A DNA stretch of 64,000 nt from Phoronis australis (lineage: Eukaryota; Animalia; Phoronida): NCBI GenBank assembly GCA_002633005.1, contig NMRA01000069.1:363740-427739 (forward strand). The letters run 5' to 3'. Position numbers and translations under genes: made by a program. Under the pieces are notes generated by a model that searched no databases, had not been told where the DNA came from, and saw nothing but the letters and a program-made list of their open reading frames with translations. Shown here one piece after another: positions 11,108-23,255 of this stretch. Positions within the stretch are counted from its first letter, which is position 1. Each line of letters starts with the position of its first letter.

Positions 11108-13666
11108 CCCACGAAATGCCACAAATTATTCCATCGTGAAGTGCAACAGATTAATGATCTCGCATATACTAGAAATAAACGAATCTATTGAATACAACTA
11201 AGTACTGATCTGCAGAGTGAAGGAGAGAAAAAAGCTTCGAATTAGTGAATCCGAAAAATACAATAAAATTCGCAGAATGCCATACAAAGTAACCTCCAAA
11301 ATCATAACGGATGCAAAGAATACAAAAATACATAGGATCGTAAAAAGACAGTTCGAATCCGTAAAATGGGACGAATGACTGAACTTACAAAATACATCAA
11401 ATTTGTGAATCCGGCTTCGAATTGGAGAACCTGCAAAAACCAGGAATGGTGGAATTTGTAAAATGAAAAGACTCTGTGAATAACGTTTTGATGAACATGT
11501 AAATAGGTACAAAATTGATTAATTAATAATATGAATAATGTTATTAAGAATTTTTTTCTTTTTTAAACATTTATTTACGAAAACGCAAAAATTGTACAAC
11601 CTGAGTCAGAGTAATGAACAAACACACACACACACGCACACCACGCACTAAATCAATGGTCCCTTAGTTTCCCAGAACGTGTGTAAAATTTAACCATTTA
11701 TCCCCAGATCCACCAAGCTGTCCATTCTGGCTCTGAAAATATATATCTCAGTAGTTTACCAATACTATTTTACATCCGACACTGTCATTTATGTCTGACA
11801 CAAATCAAAATGCTGTCTGACATGTATCGGATTTATGGCGTCCTTCGCCAACCATACTCGTAACCCAAATATCTGGCTGTAATTCTCTTTCAGTGTGGGA
11901 CATTCTTGTCACCACACGCTACGGTATTACATCACTGTCATCCGGAGTAGCATACATTGAGACAGACTGTAGTTAACTATTGGCGACATCGCAGCCTGTA
12001 ACAGATGGAAATAGAAAAAGTTTCGATTCAGGTCGTCTCAAGCAGTACACTCCTTTTCTCGCTCGCAGAAACAAACCCTGCCACTTGTACTTTTGGTGTT
12101 CGTTTTACAGTTACGAAGATGCCGGAAATTTTGTCTGAAGCTGGAATGAAATCGTAAACAGAGTTCACCAAAGAGCTACTCCAAGAAAAACACAAGTGCA
12201 CCACCGTTGTAAGACCCATTCTTTGTTCTCTTGTAGTTGTTTTTCTGACTTCGCGTCTGGGCACTTCCCTTTATACAGTTTAATAAGAAGCGAATTTCGA
12301 TCTCCTTGAAGGTAATTGTCAATCATAGCGGATTTTTGTTCAAAAAGGAATAATTCATTTACTTTTTAAAGTGAAAATCATATGGATACAAGCCTTACCT
12401 AAGGTAAACCTACGGTCGAGTTCTTTGGCGATTGTCCAGCCTTCTAATCTTCCAACTGCAAGTACAGGGTGCGAAGATTCCAATAATTCTTGTTCACCAA
12501 TGCTAATGTTTCGAGAATATCTTTCTGTGTCAAAAACTTTACTCAGTGGTAACATTTAGAGGCAGTACAAGATAATACAAGAAGTAAATGCAGACCATGA
12601 CTAAATAAGGTATTTGTATGAGGTGCTGCCATTAAACAAGAACATTTTCAAATAACAAGACATTCAAAGAATGCGATTAGTTTAAACATTCAATTCTTGG
12701 TACTGTGTTCGAACAAGAGTGCTTTTTGCGACAATGAAAGACTTTCTGAATAGTGACCGGTACAACGTTTAAATCACAAAAGCGTCCCTAGCGCGTGCAA
12801 AATTCTGAAGCTCTTCCCTATGTCCACTTCAACGGAAATGTGAAGTTTTGTGCTCAACTGTAGCGTTTACATGGTGTGCTTCCAATGGTCATATTTTGAA
12901 TTCTATTTAGTGTTGAGGCCGGTCCCGACATTATTCTTGATGGGCGCACATTTCCAATCCAGTGATAAAACTTATAACTCTTCTCGGTGTGTTATATAAA
13001 GGGACGTTGTCGTTTTTACGGCCGAAAAACGCAGTCTCACTATTGTTGTAGGATCGAACTTTTTAATTTTAGACCTATCACCTTAAATGGAATCGCAAAG
13101 CCGAAAAATCCGTTGTGTTTTTGTGATTTTAGTACAAATCGCCAATTCTCGCCGATGTCTGCGAGACTTTCGCTGAAATCGAGGCCGGCCGGGTGACTTT
13201 ACCATTGAATACTCTGTCATTTATCAAGTGGGATTTAATAGAGCGTTTGGCTGGAAACGCTCCAGGCTCGACTCCGCGGTGGGACTTCGCTCAGGTAATC
13301 TCCTTTCTCGCCGATGTCACCACCTGGTATGCAGTGCCGAAAGGAAAATGTGTAGTTGTACTTACGCAACCTCATTCCGTTTAACAAGAACAATTTTTTC
13401 CGATCTAAAAAAATCTGTTTATGTCAACTTGTTCGTCAACCTCTGCACCAGTTACAATCGTAACTTAAATATCGTTTCTTTATCGGCTTAGAAGAATGAC
13501 TTTTAATCTGCAAATGCCATCAAAAGTTTGGGGTCGGCACCTGCTAAGTCGGTGAATTAAAAATTCGTCTCATCTTTTATCGAATTACGTACGGCTAGCT
13601 CAAACTACGGACCTAACCATCCGAGGATTGTAACGGTAATTAAGTGGACAGTCACTGGCAACCCAA

Positions 13667-14286
13667 TTAGCTAATTATCCTCTGAGGATGAAGAGCTACC
13701 TTCTGTTGCCTTCCTTTCTTTGCTTTTTCATATCTTGCCAATCGTTCCCACTTCTTCTTATGAATTGCGTGGCTCTTGTTGATTCGGAATGTTTTATAAT
13801 CATCGTATGATAGCAAGCCAAATACTTTGCACATGTACTTTCCGTAGTAGGGACCCTTCGCTTCCAGGCCAGAGATCGGAGCAATGTGGAAGGGAATATC
13901 CTTCAAATCCTTCTTTCTATTTGGGTAGTACGGGATAAAGAGGTTGTTATAGTGCTTGTCATTCAAGCACTTGTACAGGGTCGCGTTGTTTACGTGATCC
14001 AATGTACTGTCTTTGCGCATATCTTGACACATAGTTTGGGACATGTACAGGACATAAACTGTGCTATGCTCGAACGCATACTGATACACCTGCATCTCCC
14101 CTGTTACCGACGAACGCATAATACTAGGGTCGTTGTACAAACATCCTTCCAGTCCATAACTTCTGAGCTTTTTGTGCAGATCCATGACAGCGTTTGTGTC
14201 AGCGTCAGCGAAAACCAGCGCGTAGTCATACTCCTGGGGTTCACTCTGTGACATTTGTGACGCAGAGCTTGAGGTTGGAACTTGTC
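13667..14286 (-). CDS. TIR-domain exon, TICAM (TRIF/TRAM)-like adaptor
   Basis: Strong acceptor ctgtactttctctttgtag| before 14286 (phase 1), open for 206 codons to TAA. The pattern YDYALVFADAD..KL..YGLEGCLY..GEMQVYQYAFEHSTVYVLYMS..HVNNA..FIPYYP..GLE..VF matches recalled TICAM1 TIR motifs (YNFVILHARAD, KLEALG, GELSCLQDAIDHSAFIILLLT, HQVNQA, VIPFLP). Confidence 0.8.
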
Positions 14287-14325
14287 CTACAAAGAGAAAG
14301 TACAGAAGACGCATAATATAATGTG

Positions 14326-14740
14326 AGTATCGTCAACACACATATTTATCCCAGAACAAGTTACTACTGGAACGAGTTGCCGCCAGATTTGAGGGCTGTG
14401 TGGACGCCTACATTTAATGTAGTGCAACTTACCACACTTGTGATAACATACTCTACCTTATCCAGGTGGGGTAACTTGTTCCACGGTAACTTGCGCATCT
14501 TCAAATCGCTGTGGCCGCAAAAGTGGAGAAGGACGGAAGTAATAATGAGTAGGGGTCACATACAGACAAATCTTTGTGTGCTGTATTCGAATCAGCTGTT
14601 CATTGTCATGCACTGTTTTCACCTTACCGATGGGAATGTGTGCGTGTGGTGCGTGTTGTGCGTGTGTGGGTGCTCCACTTAAAAGTGGGCTAAGTTGCAC
14701 TATTGCAAGTTTCTAGGTTAGGCTGAGTGTGGACGGGACT
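14326..14740. mobile_element. MITE (Harbinger-like ccgtccacac termini) in the TIR gene intron; family copies at about 36955-37361 (inverted), 53489-53841 and partial 30435-30550
   Basis: Shared core ttatcccagaacaagttact-ctggaacgag...gcaactta...cacttgtga...ccacttaaaag...ggctg-gtgtggac. The other copies are flanked by ttaa/taa. Confidence 0.8.
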
Positions 14741-15021
14741 GTAGACGTTTAGTCTACACACGCTGTAATATGTAGGGCTACAAATAGTGTCCTTTGGATT
14801 TCAGTTGCAGGAAACAAATACTGCAGTACATTTTGCCTCAAGCAGTCATTCGGTTACGTTTTCACGTTGCCGTGAAAACCGTAAGCGGCTGCCAACTGAA
14901 AGACATTTTAAGCAAACTCTTATCCACATATTGTATACCGGGTGTTTAATTTCTTCTCACTAGTTTGATTCAACTTAGCTGCGTTCGTGCGACTGAAAGA
15001 ACATGCTGACGTAAAAAATAC

Positions 15022-15111
15022 CCTCTCTCCTAGCGTCTTCCTCTAAATCGGAGTCCTCCGAAATGTCCATGGGCTTTGCAGACATCTTGTTTACCTTCTT
15101 CCAAACTAGAC
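15022..15111 (-). CDS. First coding exon of the TIR gene (acidic N-terminus)
   Basis: Acceptor ctaattctcgttacag| before 15111. ATG at 15085 reads MSAKPMDISEDSDLEEDARRE. The donor G|gtattt after 15022 is phase 1 and joins the phase 1 acceptor at 14286 in frame (G+GA = Gly), giving a 227-aa product. The frame is also open upstream of the ATG within the exon. Confidence 0.7.
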
Positions 15112-15376
15112 CTGTAACGAGAATTAGGCAGATAAAAGTCATGCATATTCTGGTGTTAAAGATAACAACTTTCTTCACTAGAGCATTATTTTGCTCTTGT
15201 CTTCCAAAGCAACATCGTTACGTTCTTTTTTGTTAGAGTTGAAACTGGCTACAATAAAACCCATGGAATTCTACGAGCCGATGATGGTGAACCTGATAAG
15301 GCGTCAAGTTGATGCTACGGATGTTTTATGGAAGATTTTACTCTCACAAGCATATGTTTTGCTTTTAACTTAAAAT

Positions 15377-15905
15377 TAAAGGTATATTTGCATGCTCCCA
15401 ACTATGCTAATGTACAGCAGGACCTAAACGACAATGTTACTTTAAAGATGTCTTTGCATGCTCCTAACTATGCTAATGTACAGCAGGACCTAAACAACAA
15501 TGTTACTTTAAAGATGTATTTGGATGCTCCTAACTATGCTAATGTATAGCAGGAACTAAACGACAATGCCATTTGAACATCATCTACGCTAAACAAAGTG
15601 CAGTTGTATTCACTGACAAGTTGTAAATAAGAAAAAAATCTGCAAATAGGTGACCTTCGGACTAATGACGTACCTTGGGGCTCAAAAAGCAAGCATCATG
15701 CAGTGTTATTCCAACAACACCACGTCGCGATACTTACTGGACACGGTTGAGTAATTTACGGCAGATCATTTTCGACACAAAACTCGTTCTTAAAAACATT
15801 TGACAATTTTCAACATACTTCATATTCACATCGTCGCTATAAGCCGTTCTTCTAACTAATTTAACCAAGCAATCACAGAGAATTAGCGTGCAAGTTGTAC
15901 TTTAA
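15377..15905. mobile_element. TTAA-flanked non-autonomous element (Kolobok-like) with a 60-bp triplication at its left end; copies at about 36553-36955 and inverted at about 38370-38595
   Basis: ttaa|aggtatatttgcatgct ... agcgtgcaagttgtact|ttaa. Three 60-bp units (atgctcctaactatgctaatgtacagcaggacctaaac) at 15376-15570. The core ctacgctaaacaaagtgcagttgtattcactgac is shared with the other copies. Confidence 0.75.
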
Positions 15906-18164
15906 AGCAAAACTAAGAACTTAAAGTTTTGTAGGAACCTAGAAAAATGTCCACTTTTGGCCAGCTTCAGACCATCATATCAAAGAAACGGTTGATCGTA
16001 TTCATACGACACTTTGAGATACTATGTTTTGTACACAGTTCTTCATTTTTATGATAGGAATTGTTATTAAATGTTCCAATTTTACACGAGGGCCTACATC
16101 AGGAGTTTTGGATCAGTAAGTTTTTTATTGAACTGTTTGTTTACTAGCAGATAGCACTTGATTGCAATGACCCATGAGGTCCGGACAGTGATGATGTAAT
16201 TTGTTTACCTTAGAATAGCAGGGAACATTCTAGAAGATTCCAGCATATTAGTACATAACGCTAAATTGTCGTGAGAGACCGTCCGGAGTTGGTATATGGT
16301 GCAACTCAGGACGGTCTGGGGTCAACAGAAACCCACAGTTCAACTATGAGTATACACCAATGTGATAAACGAGAATAGTTCTACTTGCTGCGTCAGCTGC
16401 AGGTATGCTTATCTCTTTTATGACACACGATGTGACTTGACAAAGCGTTTTCAAAATAATGTGGATAAATCAGTGAAGTGTGAGAGCTCTGAGGTCCCTG
16501 TCAAGTCCTCACGACAAATCTACGTTATGAATCAATATGGACTGAAACATTCTAGAGCCTAGTATATGTTTGTAGAATGATTAGGTAGATTTCTCAAAGT
16601 TCTAGAATGTGTTTGAATTGGTGAAAAGTTCTAGAAGACTATAAGAGACTATATGTACTCAAGCACGGTTAGTGACAATCAATTGAAAGTCAGTTGAAGT
16701 TAATGAGTCGAGTTAAAGTTACAATTGTGAAACAGTTACGGAATCAGCATTCTTCACTACCATGAGCCACTTCCTAAGCATTTCAAACTCTCGAGGAAGT
16801 AAAAAAAACGATATACCCGCTTTCCTCGCAGCTGCTTAGTTCGGACAAGCGGGAACGATGCACCGCAACATAGCGGCATTCACTCTGCATATGAACCACT
16901 GACGTCGCAAGCGTCGTTTCTCACCTTCCTCACAGGTTAACGCGACACCTCTTGGCGAGGTAAGGTCGACCGCCACGGTATGCGAGGCGATGTGGATATA
17001 GACCGATTAAGACGGCAAAAAAGACTAACTAAATCGGGTGGCATTCTCCTTTAAAGCCAAGTGCTCTCCGACCTCGTCGACAGAAGTACAATCGAGTGAA
17101 CCGCTGAAGCTGTGAAAAACTTCGCACACCACTTCACCTCTCACGTAGACTCACAGATACATTGGTCTAAGAAACACAGACCAGAAGCAATTGTGTTTTT
17201 TGGTCCCAAACAAATGTCAATTCAAGGAAATGGCACTCATAACGGAACCCATTTCGATAGGCACTCCAAAACTGAATAACTAAAGACATTCTGTCTGAAC
17301 ACTAAGTTACTCTTACCTGAGCACACCGCGGCAGACAAGACGCCCAATATTGCGAGTACTGCAAACGACTTCATGGTGCTGCTGAAGCAGAATAGAGTCG
17401 TTGCTGAGCCGTCTCAATCTTATATACATGTATTGTGCGACTGATTGCCAGATCACGTGCCCACACGTGATTTTTATTGTTAAGGACGTTACCGTGTTTT
17501 GTTTAATGCAGGACCGTATTAAAATGGCTCTCTTCCAAATGTTTATACTCTGTCAATGAATCTTTTCAAAAAATATAGACATCTTTGTAAACAGTTTGAT
17601 ACATACACTTGCATTGAAGCTGGTGGCTGACTTGTTGTAACCTGCAGTCACCCTGCAAATATTACGAGAAATACGGTACTGTGAAACCAATTGTCCCAAA
17701 TAAGTGAAGTACACTTCCTCGTAATTTTCGCAGAAATGGGTTTTGCCCGGAACTCGTGGTCAAGCGCCTCATGCAGTTTCACAAATACCATTTGATTGAC
17801 TTCCCATTAGTTTCAGAATACCAAAAGGGCTCAGTTTTATGTCAACATCAGGTAGACTTCTCCTCAAAATTATACGCAATTATTACACAATTAATAAAAC
17901 GCCACGATTACAGATTCAAATATCAAATTGTTAAAGCAGTTATACACCTGTAGAAAAAGGAAACGACTTAGAAAAAGTTACACGTAATCTTATAATTGTA
18001 TCTTTAGTTATTTTAAAAAGTGAAAATAAGAAATCCGCGAAAAGTTGACCTTTGACACCGTGACATGGTGCTCGGGAATACCTACATATCCCACAATGCA
18101 GTTCACAGCTATTGTATCACAGTACGCGACGAACAAAGACCTTCAGTTTTGGTGTGTTTTAGTA

Positions 18165-18414
18165 ATGGTGCATCGGTGTGTATGCGGTAACTGTTCTAAC
18201 ACCACCCAGGTGGAAGGCGTGGGCCCATTTAAATTCTAAAAACAAGCACCTGGCCGCGTAATGGCGCGATTTCGTGTGCACTGCTCGTCTTTGGAAAATG
18301 ATTGTCATTGTCGAGTCAACCATCTGTCGGAGCCGAAATATGCTCCGACCATTTTGAGGACGGCTGCTTCGACGACAAACACATTATGAAACATGAAGCT
18401 GGTCTCATAAAAAG
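18165..18414 (+). pseudogene. Degenerate THAP zinc-finger exon, probably a DNA transposon relic
   Basis: MVHRCVCGNCSNTTQVEGVGPFKF*NKHLAA*WRDFV...R then, after a frameshift, ICSDHFEDGCF, followed by donor AG|gtaagt. The C-x4-C ... W ... C-x2-H-F THAP signature is interrupted by two stops. Confidence 0.75.
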
Positions 18415-20023
18415 GTAAGTTACCTTGATAATTTTGATGTCTAAGAATTCATGACGCTTTCGCAATGCCTGAACACTGACGATCTTTTTTCACAATCACC
18501 ATAGTTCTCAAGTGTTTTAAAGTCTGTTGTTTTTCCGTGAAACATTTAGTTATAAATGAATCAGTAAAACTAAAAGCCACAGCAAATGAAGCTGGTCTCA
18601 AAAGATGCATGTATTTTGAAAAAATGCGGACTATGAATAAAGTAAAACACGCAATGGTAACTAAATTCCAAGGTTGTGATTATTAAAGTAATCTGAGGTT
18701 ATAAAAGTAGGCGAAAAGTTTACAATTAGATATCGTCGTGTTTTACTTTAATCATGGACTATTCTGGATTCAAAATGTTTTTTTTTTTACTTTTCAAGTT
18801 CTGCTGTTGTGCTTTTCAGAGTATGTAAATGAAGTAGGGGAGAACACCTTCCACTTAGTGCGGAACAAAAGAGAAGCTGCCGGGAGATCTTGAAATTCGC
18901 TTAGAAATGCCGACTGCTGGTGTTCCAGATGTGTCCAAGGAGGATGCCGTGGCACAGATACAATGTAAATTCAGACTCACTGGCTGCTTTGTCAATGGAC
19001 AGCATTGGAATTTCTTTCCGTCACATATTTGACAGTCACTAACGATGTTTTAGATTAATTTTTTGATTGTGGTACAGATTGCAATGCCAGAGTGTTTATA
19101 GTACCAGTACTGGAAATTGTGAAAAGCTTGTGGCATTTGGCTGTCCCGTTTTTATAGATAAACCCGTTGATATACTATGTTCTTATATTGAAACCAGTTG
19201 CGGATTTAGAGGGGGCCAAGACCCCCCTAAAATTCTCCCAGATTCCATTTGACACTGAGTTTGGGGTGCGAATGTCTGACGGGCAAAATCCAGGCTAATA
19301 CTGTCTCCTGCCTCCCCCAACTACAGGTACTCCAATATCGTCCTTATTTTTCGCGATTCCACTCGGGGATTCCATTGACACCCCGAGTATGCATGACAAG
19401 GGAGATAAGTATTTATTTTGATACATAAACGAGTCGAAATCTACGGGTTTTCTCATCAACAAAAATTATAATTACCATTTTTAAGAACTTAGTCCTAACT
19501 GCTACAAAACGTAATCAAATTCCAACAATGACGAAACGTTTTTCTGCGGTTTATTTGGCGCGGATACGAAACGATATTATCTCGCGAGATCCAGCCTCAT
19601 CACTCGTTTTTCGCGGTATTTTGTAAATGTGATGTGCCATATGTCGGCAACTGACTAGAACGACGTCTTTCGTGAAAATGAAGTTTTCGTAGTTTGCTAG
19701 GGACCTACATAGCTTTGAATACATATCAGTCAATCTATGGAAATATATTTTCAAGCGCACCTTTGCGTGAGCGAATCTTATAGGTACAATTACTTTATTC
19801 CAGGATAACAAGATAGAAAAGGGGCATTCGCGCTTAAGTTACCATCATATAGACTTTATAACGTGTTGCTTGAAGCAAAAGTGTACACCTGTCCATAGAA
19901 AACAGTCGGACTGCAAAACTTAAAAGAAAGCAAATGTATACCACAATATTAGCCTCGAATGGCAGATACAACCGTGTAATAACCCATAAAGATAACTCCT
20001 AGTGAGATAACATTTTAGCTAGA

Positions 20024-20096
20024 AACCGAGGCAGGATTCGAACCCGGGCCTCAAGAGTTTCGAGTCGTCGACTTTACCACTACACCACTCGGCGGC
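20024..20096 (-). mobile_element. tRNA-derived SINE head or tRNA pseudogene
   Basis: Minus strand shows an A box (tggtgtagtgg) and a B box (ggttcgaatcc) at tRNA-like spacing, with a partial ccgag/ctcgg stem. D and anticodon stems do not pair. Weaker similar heads at about 21555-21612 and 36300-36365. Confidence 0.6.
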
Positions 20097-20635
20097 TGAT
20101 GTCATCAATCGTGAAAATAGACTACTTAAATGAGCACGCGCAACAATCGCATGTTCAGCAAAGGGCATTCCACCGACATTTATACACTATGAAAAATATG
20201 ACGCATAATTTCCATAAAAACGATATTTTAATTCAGTGAAACTTTTTCTCTTGTGTTCTCTCACTTGAAAATCACCGATCTTCAATTTGAATGCGGGTAT
20301 CGTGAAGTCGGGATCCTTTGACTTGAGCAATATAGTCAGTTACTAGTGGTAACCTACTTTAGCAGACGATATTTTCCCGGTCGAAGCTTGGCGTGATAAA
20401 ATGTGTACTAAGCTATAATAGTTGCTAAACCTCAATTTATCGATTCACTTCATTTCTATTTTGTTTAAATTTCCAATGGTTTTGAGTATATGCATCATTT
20501 GACAAAAATAGCTCGGCTTTTCTTAAAAGGTCACGACCTCCGACCCCGGGCCTCTGACATAGAAAGTAGTTACAAAGCCGATGCAAGTCGAGAAAGGTAG
20601 ATCGATTCATTGCAATGTTTCTCGTTTAATATGTG

Positions 20636-20810
20636 CTATAAATAGATTATTACATGTTCTCGGTAGTTATCCCCCTTATCTAGAGCCCGAGTGGATTTTG
20701 GAGAATTATCGCCCGAGGGGCGTTAGCCCCGAGGGTGACAATTCTCCGAAATCCACTCGGGCTCTAGATAACGGGGGATAACGATTTCGCCATGCAATAA
20801 TCTATATTTA
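20636..20810. mobile_element. Palindromic (foldback) MITE
   Basis: The arm atagattatt-catg...gttatccccc-ttatctagagcccgagtggattt-ggagaatt is inverted around a central cccgaggggcgttagccccgaggg. Confidence 0.85.
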
Positions 20811-21290
20811 TTTCATAGTTTAAAAGGTTTTGTCATTTTCCATTTGTCTGAAATGTACTTGTGTTTGTGCCAACAATTTCCTACTGATAATGATGTCCTC
20901 CTAAAATATGAGTGTGTCCGTATCCAGGTAGAACAGAGCTTCGTTTACTCAAAACAGTTTCAATGGGCTACTGAATACCATTCGTGACGATCACTTCCAG
21001 TATTCTAAAAAATGCCGTCAAACCTGACTCACCCCCATTTACTTCATTTTGAGTGACCTAAGAAGGGCCAAACCGTAGCCAGCTTGGACTGCAATATTGA
21101 CCCCAACGTCATGATTACTGAAAGCGCCTGTCGTACTAGCGCGGTTTACTTCCAGCCAGTACTTGTACATATGCATGCACATGTACATGTACGTTCATGC
21201 AGTCTGTTCACTTATCATAAGAAAATCTCGGAGTTGCGAATCTGTTGTCTACGACGTATGATCCAGTTTTCTTCATAATGCCTTGGTTCG

Positions 21291-22253
21291 CAGTGGCGGA
21301 TCTAGGATATCACAAGGGGGGCCCAACATTTTGTCCGGCTGTAAACATTTGCGCAAACTGAACCACGATTGTAGACGCGCATACATGTAGCACCGAATGG
21401 GGGGAGGTCGGGAGGGGGGTTTGCCCCCCCGCCCAGAAAATTTTTCTGTTTTTACCTATAAAAATCAAGCATTTTCCTTGATTCCTGATGTATTATCCAA
21501 GAAAAAAAGGCAAAAAAGGAGAACGTGTCAAACAGGAAAAATTGCAAGTACCAAAAACTCGAACTCACGACCTTGCGCGTAGTGCGCGCGTGCGTTACCA
21601 CTACATCACCACGATTTAACTACTAATCTCATACTGAGAGACTTACTTGTTTATGGTCCACAGCGTTTGCTTCTTTTTGTAATGTTTATTACACGTTTTG
21701 TGCCATCGATTCTTAACAAATTTGTCGCATAGTTTAAAATAGTCTTCAAATGCCCAAAAGATCAAATCCGTTTTTCGTGTTGGCAATAATGACGGGATTG
21801 CTTTGGAAATCGTCTTAACATAAAGTTTGACAAAGAGAGTATTGCGAGTTTCTGAGTGATTCACTAAGGCTTCGATTAAAATTCACACCTTACCAGCAGC
21901 TTCTGTTTTTTCATCGTCACTCAGGTTCCATTTTCTTTAAAAAATGAAGTAACTTTTCTTCATTGCACAGTGAAGCAGACAACGGAAACAGTCGTAGTGC
22001 GCAGCGCCACTGCCGGTCGCCTGGGATATAGCGGGAGAGCCTATACTTAGCCATAGTTCCGTTACGAATGCGCCGTGTTCCGAATTTGACACTTGAAATT
22101 GGATTTGAGCCCCCCCCCAACACTAAAACTGCACACATTGAAATCTTTTTTCATCCCTATAATTTTAATTACCAGGGTTAATTTTTAAACTCAACATTTC
22201 CCTACGCTCTTACTGTTTTATTTTTTGGGGGCAGCCCCCTAAATCCGCCTACG
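21291..22253. mobile_element. hAT-like non-autonomous element with a 5-bp TSD
   Basis: Termini cagtggcggatctagg ... cctaaatccgcctacg. gttcg lies immediately on both sides (21286-21290 and 22254-22258). Confidence 0.7.
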
Positions 22254-23255
22254 GTTCGTAATCCCTGGTCACTCCGTGAGAGCTCCACGAAGGAATTTCC
22301 CAAATTTAAAGTGATTAGAGTTATTTGCGATTCCGTGACACTGACGGATTGCATCAGCTTCGAGACAACGATTTGAAACTAATTTGAGAGCCTCAAGGTT
22401 TCATCAACTTAGCTTCAAATTTAGTAAGTAGCTGAACTGCGTTACGTACTTGTTCACCTAAGACAGTCGCGAGAAAATCTAGTGGGATCGTGTGCTTCAG
22501 TAGCAATGCACGGCCGCAATATCTCACGAGGTTTTGCGTGATCATGCATTTTCGCAGGCCAGTAGGGTCTATGGAACGTTGACATGTACCTGGCCTGCCA
22601 GTTCAGAACACCAGAAATGCTAGGTTGGATGTTAACAAAATTGATTAATTCAACCTATCTTCACAATGAAGGCAATCAGCACCAGTCGGTAACAACCTGT
22701 GCCCACCCATCTACTAGGAAAGATAGCTTATCGACTAAGTTTGAAAAAGGGACTTTTACGATTTTCAAGGAAAAAACGGAAATTGAAAACAAAAAGATTT
22801 CATTTTGAATATTTGTAATAAATAAAATGAAATTTGGTCATATCGTCGATACTGTTGCTCTGGCGATGTACATTCCTTTTGCTAAATTTTACGAAAAAGT
22901 CATAGCTCTGTGACTTAATTAACGTCAGATTGGTAAAAAGTCAAAAAATATAATTCTCTTAGCTTTATACTTTCAAAACATACGTACTTTTACTGAGTTT
23001 TAATCAACATTTTTGGGTATTGAGCTTACCGATATGGTTCTACATAACGCTATGTGCCAGTCTGAAGCAATTATAAACGGTCTTTCATTCCTTCCGCGGC
23101 CAGACCCGATATACAATCCCTTCGTAATAACCCAGTAACGAACGAGATGAGGCCCATTTTATAACATCCGTGTCTAAGTCAAAAGTTGGACTTCGACAAA
23201 TAGTTCAATTTTATTCATCTATAAGCATTTTTTGTGTGTGAGATGACTTTATCAG

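Noticed and set aside
16195-16740. Possible solo LTR (ttctagaa-rich, TATA-like)
   Set aside because: No second copy, clear TG...CA boundary or TSD could be established.
16936-16959. 24-nt plus-strand micro-exon candidate (cctcacag|...gag|gtaagg)
   Set aside because: The splice signals are good, but no partner exons or plus-strand gene were found nearby. The surroundings look like decayed retroelement sequence.
20024-20096. Possible tRNA gene
   Set aside because: A and B boxes are present, but the D and anticodon arms do not pair. Treated as SINE-like.
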